Shown: one piece after another, positions 48,028-61,397 of the stretch | Numbering within the stretch: the first letter of the stretch is position 1 | Layout: each line of letters opens with the position of its first letter | Source of the DNA: Chrysomallon squamiferum | Lineage: Eukaryota; Animalia; Mollusca | Assembly: GCA_012295275.1 (NCBI GenBank) | Contig: CM022670.1 | Coordinates: forward strand, 28,706,001 to 28,770,000 | DNA: 64,000 nt | Direction: 5' to 3' | The notes under the pieces: model-generated | Told to the model about the DNA's origin: nothing | Database searches by the model: none | The model's input: the letters and a program-made list of their open reading frames with translations, nothing else | Translations under genes and position numbers: made by a program

Positions 48028-49108
48028 TGTATGTATGTATAAAACAATAAAGAAAAAACTAGTAAAACCCCCAGATATTAATGCGTAAATGTCCTCTAAA
48101 CAAAATAGACTGTGCTGTTTATGATACCGTACAATCACTTTATCTCCGAAATATGTTTTGATAGTTGTAAGAAAAACCTGTGTTATTGGTTTATGTTTTT
48201 TTTGTTTTGCTGTATAGTACAGCACTTTTAATTTGATCTCCTTACTTAGCAAATAAAATCTTTACATACAGTATATACTTGGTTTTGCCTCGTCGCTAAT
48301 TTCGCAGCATCATCAGCATTCAAATTTAATCAACAAGCGTATTGACACAACGTAATAAGAAGTGTAATAACAGCAGCAACAACAAAAAAAAAAAAAAAAA
48401 AAAATGGAAATAAAAAAAAACCTGAAAAAAACTAAAAAGAAAGCTAAAAAGAAAATGAAGAGGAAGAAGAAAAAAAGAGAAAGAAAAACCCAACAACAGT
48501 AACCAAATAACAACCACAAAACAAAACAAAAATAAAAAATAAAAAAATAAAAAAATAAAAAAATAAATAAATAATAATAATAAAAATAATAAATAAATAA
48601 ATAATAATAATAAAAATAATAAATAAATAAATGAATAAATAAAAAGATAAATACTACTACTACTAATAATAATAATAATAACAATATTACTGTATTCCAC
48701 ATAAAGTCATAATTATAAATACAAAGCTTATAAAGTCATGTAAGGATAACTTTCGGTTTCTCACATTTCCCAAAACTTATGTAGGATGTAAAGCGATGCA
48801 TGGCTGTACACATCACGAGCTTCGGTCAATTTCCACAAATTCCGGACGAATAAAAGAAACAACAAAATAACATTAAACTGTACAGCATGCTTAATGAATG
48901 TGTTATCCGCTGTAAAAAAAACATATACTTACATATGTTATACATATAGATATACAAGTTTTCTGCCAAATTATACTTTACTCAACAAGCTTATATAGAT
49001 TTTAGATATAGCATATATACATAGTAGTATAGATTAGATAAATAAAATCAGTAAAGCGGGGACTGACTAGAATGTACACAGAGACTGCAACATACAGTAG
49101 ATAACAAT

Positions 49109-49172
<64 letters not shown>

Positions 49173-49941
49173 AAATATAAATCTTAAAATTATTCCTTTT
49201 AACTATTGTCTGTTGTGTTAATTAATGGAATTAAATATATAAAAAAGTACACAAAACAGCTGTTGTTTTAATTTAAAAGTTGATGGTTTGTTTTAGCTGT
49301 AAGATTTAATGTATCTGTATCTTAGAGTGTTATAACATAAACAAAACTACATTCATTTTACAAAACAACGCATTCTATAATATAGTACCTTCGTGTTTCT
49401 ATTAAAAATTATGAGAAGATATACCGTAATTAAATGTTTAAATGTAAAAGGTTTCTGTAAGAATCTAAACATAGATGATTATTGTGCAGCGATGTCAAAT
49501 ACAGAAAACCTGCAAAACTCAAATCTGTGAAAAAGTTATGCTTTTGATTTCTAAATTTTACAAAAATAACAGAACTGATATTGAACAATACATCTCGAAC
49601 CTGATAAATCTAGTTGATAGTATTTGGTTTTCGTAAAGAGCCAGCATGCAAAGTGACATGACATTGTTACATTATACATTTATTAGCATTTGGTCATTTC
49701 TGGCAATATTTTACAATACAATTAATTCTAATTAAAACCTACAAAATATAACCGGATTTGAAAGTTAATATTACTGTCAATTATTTACTACTTCAGTTCG
49801 GATGATCTGTACAGATAAACTCCAGTTCATAGATTTGTAACAGTTAAACGTTAATACAGAATAAGTAATTTTAACACGTTAATATCATTTATAAAAAAAT
49901 ACGACAAATGACGATGTTTCAAGAACAAGGAAGGAATTTTC

Positions 49942-50280
49942 CTAATTTATGAATTTCAGACGATATAAAAACATTTCTTAATGTAGCCAGAATGTACGGA
50001 TGACATCAAGGGAATAGCGATTTTAGAATACATTTGTAATTTCCGTCGACCAAAATCTCCTATTGCAGTTCCTTAGTTTGCATCAGCAGAAAAACTATTA
50101 TTCATAGATTTTATAGCACTTATGAAAAGAGATTGCAAATGAATTACACTATTTTCAGATACAGTCATGCCTCAGTTTACCGCTCACTCTATCCGCCAGT
50201 ATTTTGAGCGCCATACACAAATTTAAATCATAAAATCACTCGATAAACCGCCATCATTCAATCTTGTCTACAGTCAAGTC
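49942..50280 (-). pseudogene. Highly decayed Sushi-galectin paralogue (copy D)
   Basis: Minus strand GAGATTTTGGTCGACGGAAA...CGTACATTCTGGCTAC...ATCGTCTGAAATTCATAAATTAGG matches the 3' end of the intact genes; 3' flank also similar. Upstream limit approximate. Confidence 0.75.
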
Positions 50281-50596
50281 TATATAAATTATCAAGAAAA
50301 TGAAGTTTTTCTTTTAATCATATTTAGCGAATAAAAGTTATATTTTTCTGTTTAGTTAATTCCGAAAATTTCAGACAAAATCTACTTAGCTTGGCGCTCT
50401 CGAAAAAGCCTTTACAGTGGTACTTTTGTTATTATCACGTTGCGGTATTTAGCTGACCACGGGTTGCTAGATGTTCATTCACTGAGGCATATACAAGTTT
50501 CGTCAGATGAAGTGCTATTCAAGAACTATTAAATAATCTTTCACCTAAAATACAGCAACGGTAATTTACAGGAAAGTTTCAAGAACAAGCAATACA

Positions 50597-51340
50597 TAAT
50601 AAGTGAATCTCAAACGATATACAGTTATTTTATGTAGGTAGCCAGAATGTACGAATGTCATCAACGGGATAGCGATGGTTAAAATACATGACATGGTTTC
50701 AGTAGACCAAAATCTCATATCGCATTTCTTCCACAGTTATTGTTAGATTGAACTGCTTTCCTATTTGCATAGGTTACGAATCATACCGTTCTTCTTGCTC
50801 CCAGTGTCCTGAACTCGTACGAGTATTAACCAGAATGTAGCCTTTGTTAAAACATGCGCCCATAGCAAAAACACATAATAAAGGTTCTCCATACAAATGT
50901 AAAGCAGCATCATTAGTGGTAATTGGTGTACCAATGAATTCAATAACAGAGCCCACTTTCAGAGAACACATTGATTCAGATTCTTCTGTTCGTTCACTCC
51001 ACGCATCCTCAGAACATTCACCGTCCAGAAATTCCCACGAACCGTTACTCAAACACTTCACATGTTTATCTTTCAGTCCACAAAAAGAAAATCCTTCATT
51101 ACAGATGTAGCTTACAACTAATCCTGGAAACAGTTCGTCTGTTTCACTATGTATGTATGGACCAGGGTGGGGCAGTAGAGGTATCTCTCCTGCCAAACTT
51201 GGGCAAAATAGTGGTGTAAAATGCAGAATGGAAAACTGAAAAGGTACTTGCTTTTTTAAGTGTAAAATGTTTGGAAAATCATTTTTTCCTTCCACCATAA
51301 CCAAACAGTCCCCAGACGCAAATGTATCCTATTTCTACGT
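50597..51340 (-). pseudogene. Sushi-galectin pseudogene (copy C)
   Basis: DELFPGLVVSYICNEGFSFCG...WEQEERYDS then in-frame TAA (50774-50776); continues GKQFNLTITVEEMRYEILVY*NHVMYFNHRYPVDDIRTFWLP with a second stop and a frameshift; 5' part strongly diverged. Confidence 0.85.
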
Positions 51341-51533
51341 TTAGTTTTGACTGAGAAAAAAAGTCGATGTCGCTTTGTAAAATTATATAACATTTACTTA
51401 AATAATGTTATCTAAGCTAGGTGTAAAGATAATCTGTGACGGGATAGTTACCATTACTGATTATTGTAACATTAATATCATTTACCAAACATACAACAAC
51501 GATAATTTATTGGAATGTTTCTTAAACAAGATC

Positions 51534-52478
51534 CTAATATATGAATTTCAGACGATGTACAATAATTTCATCTGGTAGCCAGAATGTACGAATGCCATCA
51601 ACCGGATAGCGATGGTTAAAATACATGACATGGTTTCCGTCGACCAAAATCTCATATCGCATTTCTTCCACAATTATTGTTAGATTGAACTGCTTTCCAG
51701 CTTCGAATGGAAACGAATTAGAGTGTTCTTCGTTCTCCCAGTGTCCCGAATTTGTACGAGTATTAACCAGAATGTAGCCTTTGTTAAAACGTGCGCCTAA
51801 AGCAAACACACATAATAAAGGTTCTCCATACAGATGTAAAGAAATAGGATTACTGTTAACTGATGTTGCAATAAGTTCAATAACAGAGCCCACATTCAGA
51901 GAACAGATTGATTCAGGTTCTTCTGTTCTTTCAATCCACGTATCCTGAGAACATTCACCGTCCAGAAATTCCCACGAACCGTTAATCAAACACTTCACCT
52001 GTTTTTCTTTCAGTCCACAGAAAGAAAATCCTTCATTACAGATGTAGTTTACAGCTGATCCTGGAAACAGTTCATCGTACGTAATTTGAGCATGTTGAAG
52101 AGAATCTGGAATGTTACAGGATTTCATTTCTGTACAGTTCAGTGACTCGACATCCATCACGTTAAAATTTGTAGATGCCTCGTATTTTTTGACGTCTCTC
52201 TCGGTCAACAGTCTTCTGTATAAAAAAAAGTCCTGGTAAACTGGCATCGTGCAGTTTATGGCTTCAAATGTAAAACACTTGGCCAATTTTTTTTCCTTCA
52301 CCATCCACCCACACCGTGGTGATTTCAAACAATTCAAAGCGCATTCCAGCAACATATTTCCTTCATATGTGAAATTATTGAGTAGTGGATCCAGGCTACT
52401 AATTTGTGTGCACTTTGTGAAACAGATGATAATCACAAAGACAATATAGAAAACACTTGGATGTTTCATTCTAGCCAT
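51534..52478 (-). CDS. Putative secreted PAN-like/Sushi(CCP)/galectin-domain protein, copy A (314 aa from ATG 52478), uninterrupted CDS
   Basis: Hydrophobic N-terminus (VFYIVFVIIICF), Cys module ECALNCLKSPRC...KC, Sushi CNIP...YICNEGF...KCLINGSWEFLDGEC, galectin fold ARFNKGYILVNT...WENEEH..FPFEAGKQFNLTI...ILVDGNHVMYFNHRYP. Confidence 0.85.
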   Translation of the reverse strand: MARMKHPSVFYIVFVIIICFTKCTQISSLDPLLNNFTYEGNMLLECALNCLKSPRCGWMVKEKKLAKCFTFEAINCTMPVYQDFFLYRRLLTERDVKKYEASTNFNVMDVESLNCTEMKSCNIPDSLQHAQITYDELFPGSAVNYICNEGFSFCGLKEKQVKCLINGSWEFLDGECSQDTWIERTEEPESICSLNVGSVIELIATSVNSNPISLHLYGEPLLCVFALGARFNKGYILVNTRTNSGHWENEEHSNSFPFEAGKQFNLTIIVEEMRYEILVDGNHVMYFNHRYPVDGIRTFWLPDEIIVHRLKFIY

Positions 52479-54491
52479 TTTCTCTAAATATTTCTGATTT
52501 GGAAATTGATAAAGTTGAACCAATATGAACGTTATGTCTTCTTTTCTTTAACGAGTGTCCCTTTATGTATTCATGCCTGTGATAGCTAATAAAAAGTTAT
52601 TGATATAAAACTAATTATAAATTTATGTGATTTAATGGAATTAATTAAAAATAAGTACAAAAGGAAAACCTATTTGATGAGACATTGAGAAATCCGATAC
52701 AAGAACCGACATTATTGATGTCAGATAGTATTGATATTTCGTGGCAATCGTTATAAGAATTTATATATCGTTCAGTGAAGTCTGCCTTAAATTCTATACT
52801 GATTTATAAGTTATCAGTGGCGCAAATGTATCTAGTTTACAGACAGTCTGTTAACAATGGTCACAAAGATTAGTTAACAATATTAAAAAAAAAGAAATCA
52901 GCTACCATCACGTCACATAATTAAAAGACAATACATACTAGCTAAACTCTATCCTGTGATCTTAAAGCACCTTACTTTACATAACATTAAATAAATTAAT
53001 TCATTTACAATCCCAACAGTCCAAGCAATGGTCTGTTTTTCAAGCAGTGTTTTATTTTTCAAATACTTTGTTGTTGTTGGTTTTGTTTTATTAAGCAGAT
53101 TTGTTTTCATTTAAATAACTTTTTCCCATAAAGTTTTAAAATGCCCTACAAAACTAAGTTCATTTTAAGGTGATTACCGACAAAACACTGACAACAATTA
53201 AATATGTAAATGCATTCAGGAAGCTACAGAAATGTTTATGCTGCAATTACTTGGACAATGACAGTGTATTCAACACCAAATTGGATTTTCGTGATACCGT
53301 CCTTATTAATTTCCGAATTACGTGTTATTTAATACTTTCATATATTATCTCTGTGAAACTAAATAAATCTATTCTTTCTTGAAATTAAAACGTGGGAATG
53401 GCATTATTCTGCAACATATACTTCAGTATTCGTTTTAGTAAACAATAAACATACTCTATGACTCTAAATACGTGATCAAATATAAAACAAAACGATCGTT
53501 TATTACGGTATGCTACAAATTACTGCTTATAGTTTTGTACTAATTTATTTATTTGTCATTATTATGACTTTATGTTCACAGACACTAATACGCGCGAGCT
53601 CACAGAGTAGCAGCATTGTCCAGTTTTTTGAAGATTTGGAAATTGCCACCCTAATAACTATATTAATAATTACGTTATTGTTATGTAACTTCCTTTATAG
53701 CCATAATACTTCCAGCCCACGACGTTGTTGTTACGTTATCTGGATGCCGGAGCTAACTTCTCTTTAATTTAAAATAAGGAGATTTGTTTTTTTTGTGATG
53801 AATTTTATCTGATTGTGATGCCCATCTATATGCATATATAATAAATTATGAAATAAATGAATAATATATAAGCATGAGAATGTATTTATTGACAAACGAA
53901 ACAGCAGAAAACAGACAATACAATAAACAAAACTGACAAACGGAAACATATAACCGGAAATAAATTCCAAGTTCATGTATTTTCGGATTTCCAAACTTAA
54001 CGTAATCAATTCGTACCGAATGTTAACAGCACTAGATGTACAATAGAAATATTTAAAATCATATACACGACAAAATTATTTTAAATCACAAATATTCTTC
54101 AAGAAAAGGACCCTGTCTTCGATAAATGAGTTTCTAACATAATTTTTATGGCTGCTTAATAGCAACACATATTAAAGCGAATGGCAAACACCAATCCATG
54201 AACTTTAACAGTTTACAACAACAGTTCTTTGAAGATTATCTCCAACTGTGTATTATGTAAATAGAGCCTACGCCGTATACAAGCGACCGAGACAAATGTA
54301 TTCTGTTCAGCTTAATCAGCTACTCATTGTTCTCTAATTACCAAGAAAAACAAAAGCCTAGCCATTTTCGAAGCAACTTTCTATTAAATTAAGGCTGGAG
54401 AAATTCATGTTTTCGAAGATCATTGGTACAAGTCGGTATCGGAGGATTTCGGCCAGGACCAGACTTTCAATCGAAGTATGAGTTTTCAAAG

Positions 54492-54598
<107 letters not shown>

Positions 54599-55066
54599 GT
54601 CTATCTGTCTGTTTATCTATAGTTAGGTATCTATTACATGTCACTCTCTCTTACCATTTATAAATGGAAGATTATACATTACAGGGCTTTGTGAGTACAG
54701 ATAGTTATATATCTTTAACAACTGTGCGTGCAAACACCAAAAACTGAAGTGCATAGATAATAATAAAAACGCGAATTTTTTTATTCTAAATAAACAATTA
54801 ATTAAACACAGAGACAGACTTGTTCACGTTTCGTATGAATTATAAATGAATTATAAAATATGATTCTACCAATAAGATATTAGTTCATCATCCATGGAGA
54901 GACCAAAAAAAAAAAGAAAAAAAAAAGAAGAAGAAATAGGCACACAAAAAAATCCACACGAAATAGTCGATATAATCTGAAACATACTTGTATCGATATA
55001 TTGAATATATTCCCATAACATACGGATTGTAACTGTGGACAGCGTACCGTAACTGAATCAAACATA

Positions 55067-55121
<55 letters not shown>

Positions 55122-56313
55122 TTGTCAATCTCACTATTTTAATTTTCACATCAAAAACATAGCAGAAATATACATAAACGTATTAATTTATTCTTTAAGA
55201 AAACGATAAGCCATAATGAATTACATTTATTTTGAATAAACATTTTTAAATACGCAGATATGATCAGAGAGACATTTCATCACGTTTCGTATGAATTATA
55301 AATAAATTCTGTTACGATTTGACATTTAAAGTTTCTTAATCAAGGGTAATTAGTGAAACATTCGCAAAGAAATAAAAATTACAAAAACAAGAACAACAAG
55401 ACAAACAACAAATAATCGATAGATCTATTATTCATGTCACATCGACATAATGAATGTATTTAAATAAGATACAAATTGGTCTTTACACTTAATTAGAAAC
55501 TCCAGTATATATATTTTTCACAATACTCACAATTGATTATATGACTTAACCATAGTGGGATTCTTTTTCAACATTATCAATGGGATGTCGGTAAGCTAGA
55601 TACATTTGTTATTTCGACCTGTGCGCCACTGATAATGTATACATACAATAGATAATGAATGATAGACTTCATTCACCGAAATGCATCGCAATTCATAATG
55701 TCATCAATGTTTGCAAACAAATAAATCAATTATTAATAGATTTTATGCTCACTTTCACAAAATAAATATTCTTCATAAATACGTGCCCATAACTAGACTT
55801 TTTTTGAAATAAGATATAAATTTTGAAGTCAGTTATGTCTTTCATCGCTACGATGTCGGTAATTTAAACGGTAGCCGTAGACATAAACGAATTCATTCAG
55901 TGGGTATCGTTTCTATCGGAACAGAGATTTATATTTTATATTTTTATAATATATATAAAAGATAATCAAATCTTTTATCTAAACTTTATAGCATTTTCAC
56001 CCAAATAAAATAATTATTTAGAACTATTATAGCAAATATATAATTTACAGTCCGAGATTTATATTTATGACTATTGTGCTTGTTTTTTTTCTCAATAATA
56101 TCAATATATATGTACTTGACAGTTGACTTTCCTTTCAAATGAGGTAAAGTCTTAATTAGGCTTGTAATAATAAGTGTCTCTTAGAAACCACGTACACAAA
56201 TATACAAAGGGATATTTATAAGTATTAAACAGAAACGTTGGTAATGTTACAGGAAAGAAGTCATAACATTCACATTCGGAAACCTTTAACAATTTCCAGT
56301 TCAGAAATATTTA

Positions 56314-57264
56314 ATGAAAATGGCAAGAATACAATATCCATGTGTTTCCTATCTGATTATTGTGATTATCATCTGTTTCACAAAGAGCACACAAATTAGT
56401 AGCCTGGATCCACTACTCAATAATTTCACATATGAAGGAAATATGTTGCTGGAATGCGCTTTGAATTGTTTGAAATCACCACGGTGTGGGTGGATGGTGA
56501 AGGATAAAAAATTGGCCAAGTGTTTTACATTTGAAGCCATAAACTGCACGATGCCAGTTTACCAGGACTTTTTTTTATACAGAAGACTGTTGACCGAGAG
56601 AGACGTCAAAAAATACGAGGCATCTACAAATTTTAACGTGATGGATGTCGAGTCACTGAACTGTACAGAAATGAAATCCTGTAACATTCCAGATTCTCTT
56701 CAACATGCTCAAATTACGTACGATGAACTGTTTCCAGGATCAGCTGTAAACTACATCTGTAATGAAGGATTTTCTTTCTGTGGACTGAAAGAAAAACAGG
56801 TGAAGTGTTTGATTAACGGTTCGTGGGAATTTCTGGACGGTGAATGTTCTCAGGATACGTGGATTGAAAGAACAGAAGAACCTGAATCAATCTGTTCTCT
56901 GAATGTGGGCTCTGTTATTGAACTTATTGCAACATCAGTTAACAGTAATCCTATTTCTTTACATCTGTATGGAGAACCTTTATTATGTGTGTTTGCTTTA
57001 GGCGCACGTTTTAACAAAGGCTACATTCTGGTTAATACTCGTACAAATTCGGGACACTGGGAGAACGAAGAACACTCTAATTCGTTTCCATTCGAAGCTG
57101 GAAAGCAGTTCAATCTAACAATAATTGTGGAAGAAATGCGATATGAGATTTTGGTCGACGGAAACCATGTCATGTATTTTAACCATCGCTATCCCGTTGA
57201 TGGCATTCGTACATTCTGGCTACCAGATGAAATTATTGTACATCGTCTGAAATTCATATATTAG
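56314..57264 (+). CDS. Putative secreted PAN-like/Sushi(CCP)/galectin-domain protein, copy B (316 aa), uninterrupted CDS
   Basis: Same architecture as copy A; the proteins differ only in the signal region, C/S (FTKC/ST) and E/D (KE/DKK). Confidence 0.85.
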   Translation: MKMARIQYPCVSYLIIVIIICFTKSTQISSLDPLLNNFTYEGNMLLECALNCLKSPRCGWMVKDKKLAKCFTFEAINCTMPVYQDFFLYRRLLTERDVKKYEASTNFNVMDVESLNCTEMKSCNIPDSLQHAQITYDELFPGSAVNYICNEGFSFCGLKEKQVKCLINGSWEFLDGECSQDTWIERTEEPESICSLNVGSVIELIATSVNSNPISLHLYGEPLLCVFALGARFNKGYILVNTRTNSGHWENEEHSNSFPFEAGKQFNLTIIVEEMRYEILVDGNHVMYFNHRYPVDGIRTFWLPDEIIVHRLKFIY

Positions 57265-57459
57265 GATCTTGTTTAAGAAACATTCCAATAAATTATCGTT
57301 GTTGTATGTTTGGTAAATGATATTAATGTTACAATAATCAGAGCTTGGTAACTATCCCGTCACAGATTATCTTTACACCTAGCTTAGAAAACATTAAGTA
57401 AGTAAATGTTATATAATTTTACAAAGCGATATCGACTTTTTTTCTCAGTCAAAACTAAA

Positions 57460-57653
57460 CGTAGAAATAGGATACATTTGCGTCTGGGGACTGTTTGGTT
57501 ATGGTGGAAGGAAAAAATGATTTTCCAAACATTTTACACTTAAAAAAGCAAGTACCTTTTCTTTTTTCCATTCCACTATTTTGCCCAAGTTTGGCAGGAG
57601 AGATACCTCCACTCCCCCACCCAGGTCCATACACACACAGTGAAACAGACGAA
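57460..57653 (+). pseudogene. Truncated inverted duplicate of the 5' part of copy C
   Basis: ORF 57495 (MVMVEGKNDFPNILHLKKQVPF...HSETDE) matches the start of ORF 51304->50774 and diverges abruptly at 57653. Confidence 0.75.
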
Positions 57654-57886
57654 ATCTCTTTACGTGTGTTTTTAAGTCAAAGATATCGTTATAGAATAAT
57701 TATTAGGTCTGAAGTCTTATTTTAACACTTCATTCTACTGATCAGTAAATTATGGTTTATCTGCACAAACAAAACCATTGTGAAATATATTTACGTGAAT
57801 TTACTTGCAAGACGTTAATACCTGTACAATGCACTATTTATAACTTACGAAATATATACTTTTGACGTGAAGTGTACTTGAAAGGG

Positions 57887-58440
57887 TTTTACTGTTTTTT
57901 AATGTCTATTTAATTTTTGTGTATTTTCATGATAAACAATAAAGCAAGTAAAATTAGTAAGTTATCACAATAAAATGAGCACATGCTCTGTCTTATATAT
58001 GGAGAAATAAATATTTATATTATGTTCAGAACTGTAGTTTGTTGTTAATTGGTTGTCATAATGAACATTCATTATAATTATTAATTTTACTGTTTTTTAA
58101 TGATTTTGTTTAATTTTTATGTATTTTCAGGATAAACAATAAAGCAAGTAAAATTAGTAAGTCATAAGATTAAAATGATCACATGATCTGTCTGATGGAT
58201 AAATCAATATTTATATTATGTTCAGAACTGTAGTTCGTTAATAATTGGTTGTCATAATGAACATTCATTATAATATTTATTTTACTGTTTTTTAATGTCT
58301 CTGTTTAATTTTTATGTATTTTCAGGATATAAACAATAAAGCAAGTAAAATTAGTAAGTCATCAGAATAAAATGATCACATGATCTGTCTGATGTATGGA
58401 TAAATCAATATTTATATTATGTTCAGAACTGTAATTTGTT
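57887..58440. repeat. ~195 bp tandem repeat, ~2.8 copies
   Basis: TTACTGTTTTTTAATG...AAACAATAAAGCAAGTAAAATTAGTAAG...TATTATGTTCAGAACTGTA recurs at ~57889, ~58087 and ~58282. Confidence 0.9.
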
Positions 58441-59711
58441 TTTGGATAATAGACACATTTATCAATGATTAACATATTTTTACAAAAGCCAAGAATAAAA
58501 CCTGTTGATTAAGGTTTTATCTTCAGGGTTTAGTCATTAATTTGTGTCAAATACTATATTTTGTGTATTTTGGTTATTATAAAGCATACACACACACACA
58601 CACACGCGGCAGGAGCTAGCCTGATAAATTTATTCATAATTGCATTAAGTTATTATTACGGAACTGGCTTTATAACAAACCATAACGTTACGTTTACGTT
58701 GTTGTTAAGTGACTTGTATTAACTCGGTAATGGTAGTCACTACATATATAACGTGTTGTTGCATGTTAACTACTACAAATGATAACTGCTCCATCATGAA
58801 TCTTGATGATAATCTTTATTATATAGTTTTGTTTTGCTGTTGTTCGTGTTGTTTTTGTTTGTTTTTGTGTTGTTGTTTTTTTAAATAATACAATCTCTTT
58901 AATTTACTTTTATTACAAATTATACAAATTCGTGCAGTATAACTTTGTCAGCTTCGTGTTCGAACGTTAGCTATATAGATTTCAAACGACTTGCTGAGTC
59001 TCTTCGTAACCTTCTAACTTTAGGCATTTAGCAGGATATTGAAATATGTAAATTCAGGCGACCACCAAAACTACTGATTGTTTTCCCCCAACACCAGCAT
59101 GGCAAAAGTTTAATATGTAATGCATTCTCTATTATACAACGTACACTGACAACAACATAAAATCAAAACAAACCAACAACAATGAAAAGAGGAAACCTTG
59201 ATTTTTGTAAAGGCTTTTTCCACATTGCATTAAAACTATAGACGAAGCTCTCCTTTCACCAATAACCACAGCTGCCAAAGTCGATACGCTCACGTAAAAT
59301 ACTGTACCTTTAAAATTATTCATTTCCATATCACACAGAAGCTAATTCCTTAATATATTGACTGGAAATGAATATAAATACCGCATATGAAACTAAACAT
59401 AAATATTCTTTCTTGGGATAAAAACGTCGGAATGTCGTTATTATTACATTTTTATCCTTTATGTTTAAATTTCTTTTTCTTCTTCTTCTTTCAATTTAAA
59501 ATTTAAACGTAATATTTATTTATCCCCGAAACTTTAGCTTGGAATTAAAACAACCATGAACAAAATGTATTGGTTCCACTTTGTTTGGCGGAAAACACTA
59601 ATGGCAAATTTACAATGGAAACTAAATAATAAAACAAATCTGCATCCCTAATATAAATAATTATGCACATAAAAAAAGTGGAATTATAAGTGCGGTAATC
59701 TTAAAGCCAAG

Positions 59712-61397
59712 ATGTCCGAAGAATCAGGAATATTGGATCAAGTAAAAAGATTTCACTTACTACAAGAGGAAAGAGTTTCAACGTACAAACTTTTTGACGA
59801 GTAAGAATTAAAAACATTATAATTGATTCTGGCAATTCAGAAAATAACAAATAGACAAGAATGCGATTGCTTTTCCCCTGTTATATTTCAGACATGATAG
59901 TTAACATTTGTATCATTTTACTTTGAAATGTTAATTAAAATAACTTTTTCATTACTTCGCCTTCGGAAACACATAAAATTATATACCAGTTGCTTGACTG
60001 TTCACCGTTATTTTTGCAGAGGATTTCAAGCATATTTGAAAGGTGCACCACATTACAATTTTCCCATGTATCGCCAGCTTGTTCATGAAATAACAGAGAC
60101 ATTCAAAAATATTTCAGCAGAAATTATTGGTATAATAGAAAGCCTAAAGAATCAAAAACAAAATCAGATTGCAAAACTGATGGAACAAATTCAAGCTGAA
60201 GAGCAAATTAAACTTGAATTGGTAATTTTTTTTTGTTTTATTATACATATGCTGTTACATTGCTAAGTAGAAAAAAACCCAAAGATGAAGGTTTGCTATA
60301 AATGTACACTTTACGTATATATTTTAATACTGATATAAGCTTTGACAATGGCAACACTGGGAAATTATTGAAAATATCTTAAAATACCTGTATCTCTTTT
60401 TATATTAACAGTTAACAGATCTTCAAAATATTATGTATTTTGATGATATAAGAAAAGAAACCCTTGCCATTCTTATAGGAGCAAAGATTTATTTTTATTT
60501 TTAAAACAAGCAAAACTATTAAAGAAAAGAATAATAAATAATAATAAAAATAAAAAAAAATACCCCCAAAAACCCAAATGTAATGAATTCATATTTTATA
60601 TTTTTACTATGTTTTTTAAGACAGCGAAACACCAGTTAGTTCAGCAGAACATAATTGATCATCACGAAGAAGAAAGTTATAAAGAGGAGGCTGCTGGGAT
60701 CAAAGAAAGGTAGTTATATTAACTACATTTAAAAGTATTTATACCCAGTAGCATTATTAGCTTTAATTTTTCAAGATAAACTTAGCATTGTAGCAATGTA
60801 GACAAACCATGTGACAGACCAGGTCTTATATGTTTGATGTGATTAAATTTCACCATTATCTATATAGACAAGAGAAAATTGTTTATAATATATTAATTCT
60901 AATTTTGCTCAACTTGAACAATTTTTCAGAGAACTTGGAAGTTCAAGAATATTTCCATAAATTAAACTATCATACACATAGTTTGTCTCTCTCTATCTTT
61001 AGTAATAGGGATGAAATAGTTTTGTGCTTTAAAGATATATTCCAATGAATGTGAACCGAATTTTAATATTTGCAAATAAATTGAACAAGTAAGTTCCTAA
61101 CCCGTTTCCTGGGTATTGTTCAATATAAATTGTTCTTTTATTTAAAAACATTATATTCGTTTTTTTTTGTTTAATGATTTGTCTATTTGATCTTTTTCCT
61201 GTTATTAAATGAATCCCAAAGTACAAGTTCAGCTGCAATCAGAAATTTCTCTGCTTATCTTATAATCATGTTTTTAATGTCTATAAAAATAATCAGACAT
61301 TTTTCTTTACAGAATTAAAGATCAAATACAGCTGATAAATGAACACCTTGAAGAACTGAAATTTGAGTGTGAAGATTTGTATGAATGTGAAAGATAA
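59712..61397 (+). CDS. REX1BD: Required for excision 1-B domain protein (C19orf60 homologue). Exons: 59712-59800, 60020-60221, 60621-60709, 61313-61397
   Basis: LQEERVSTYKLFDEGFQAYLKGAPHYNFPMYRQLVHEITETFKNIS...QAEEQIKLELTAKHQL...INEHLEELKFECEDL; phase-consistent GT-AG introns. Confidence 0.85.

Noticed and set aside
50774-51304. 176-aa ORF as an intact third lectin gene
   Set aside because: Non-ATG start, no signal peptide, and a stop within the galectin domain with further lesions downstream; treated as a pseudogene.
52479-52523. N-terminal extension of copy A in the ORF track
   Set aside because: It starts at a TTG; the ATG at 52478 aligns with the copy B start region.
57887-58440. Tandem repeats as a CRISPR-like array (also 10810-10950, 13060-13300, 20020-20320)
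   Set aside because: Eukaryotic context, no unique spacers, no cas genes; ordinary minisatellites.
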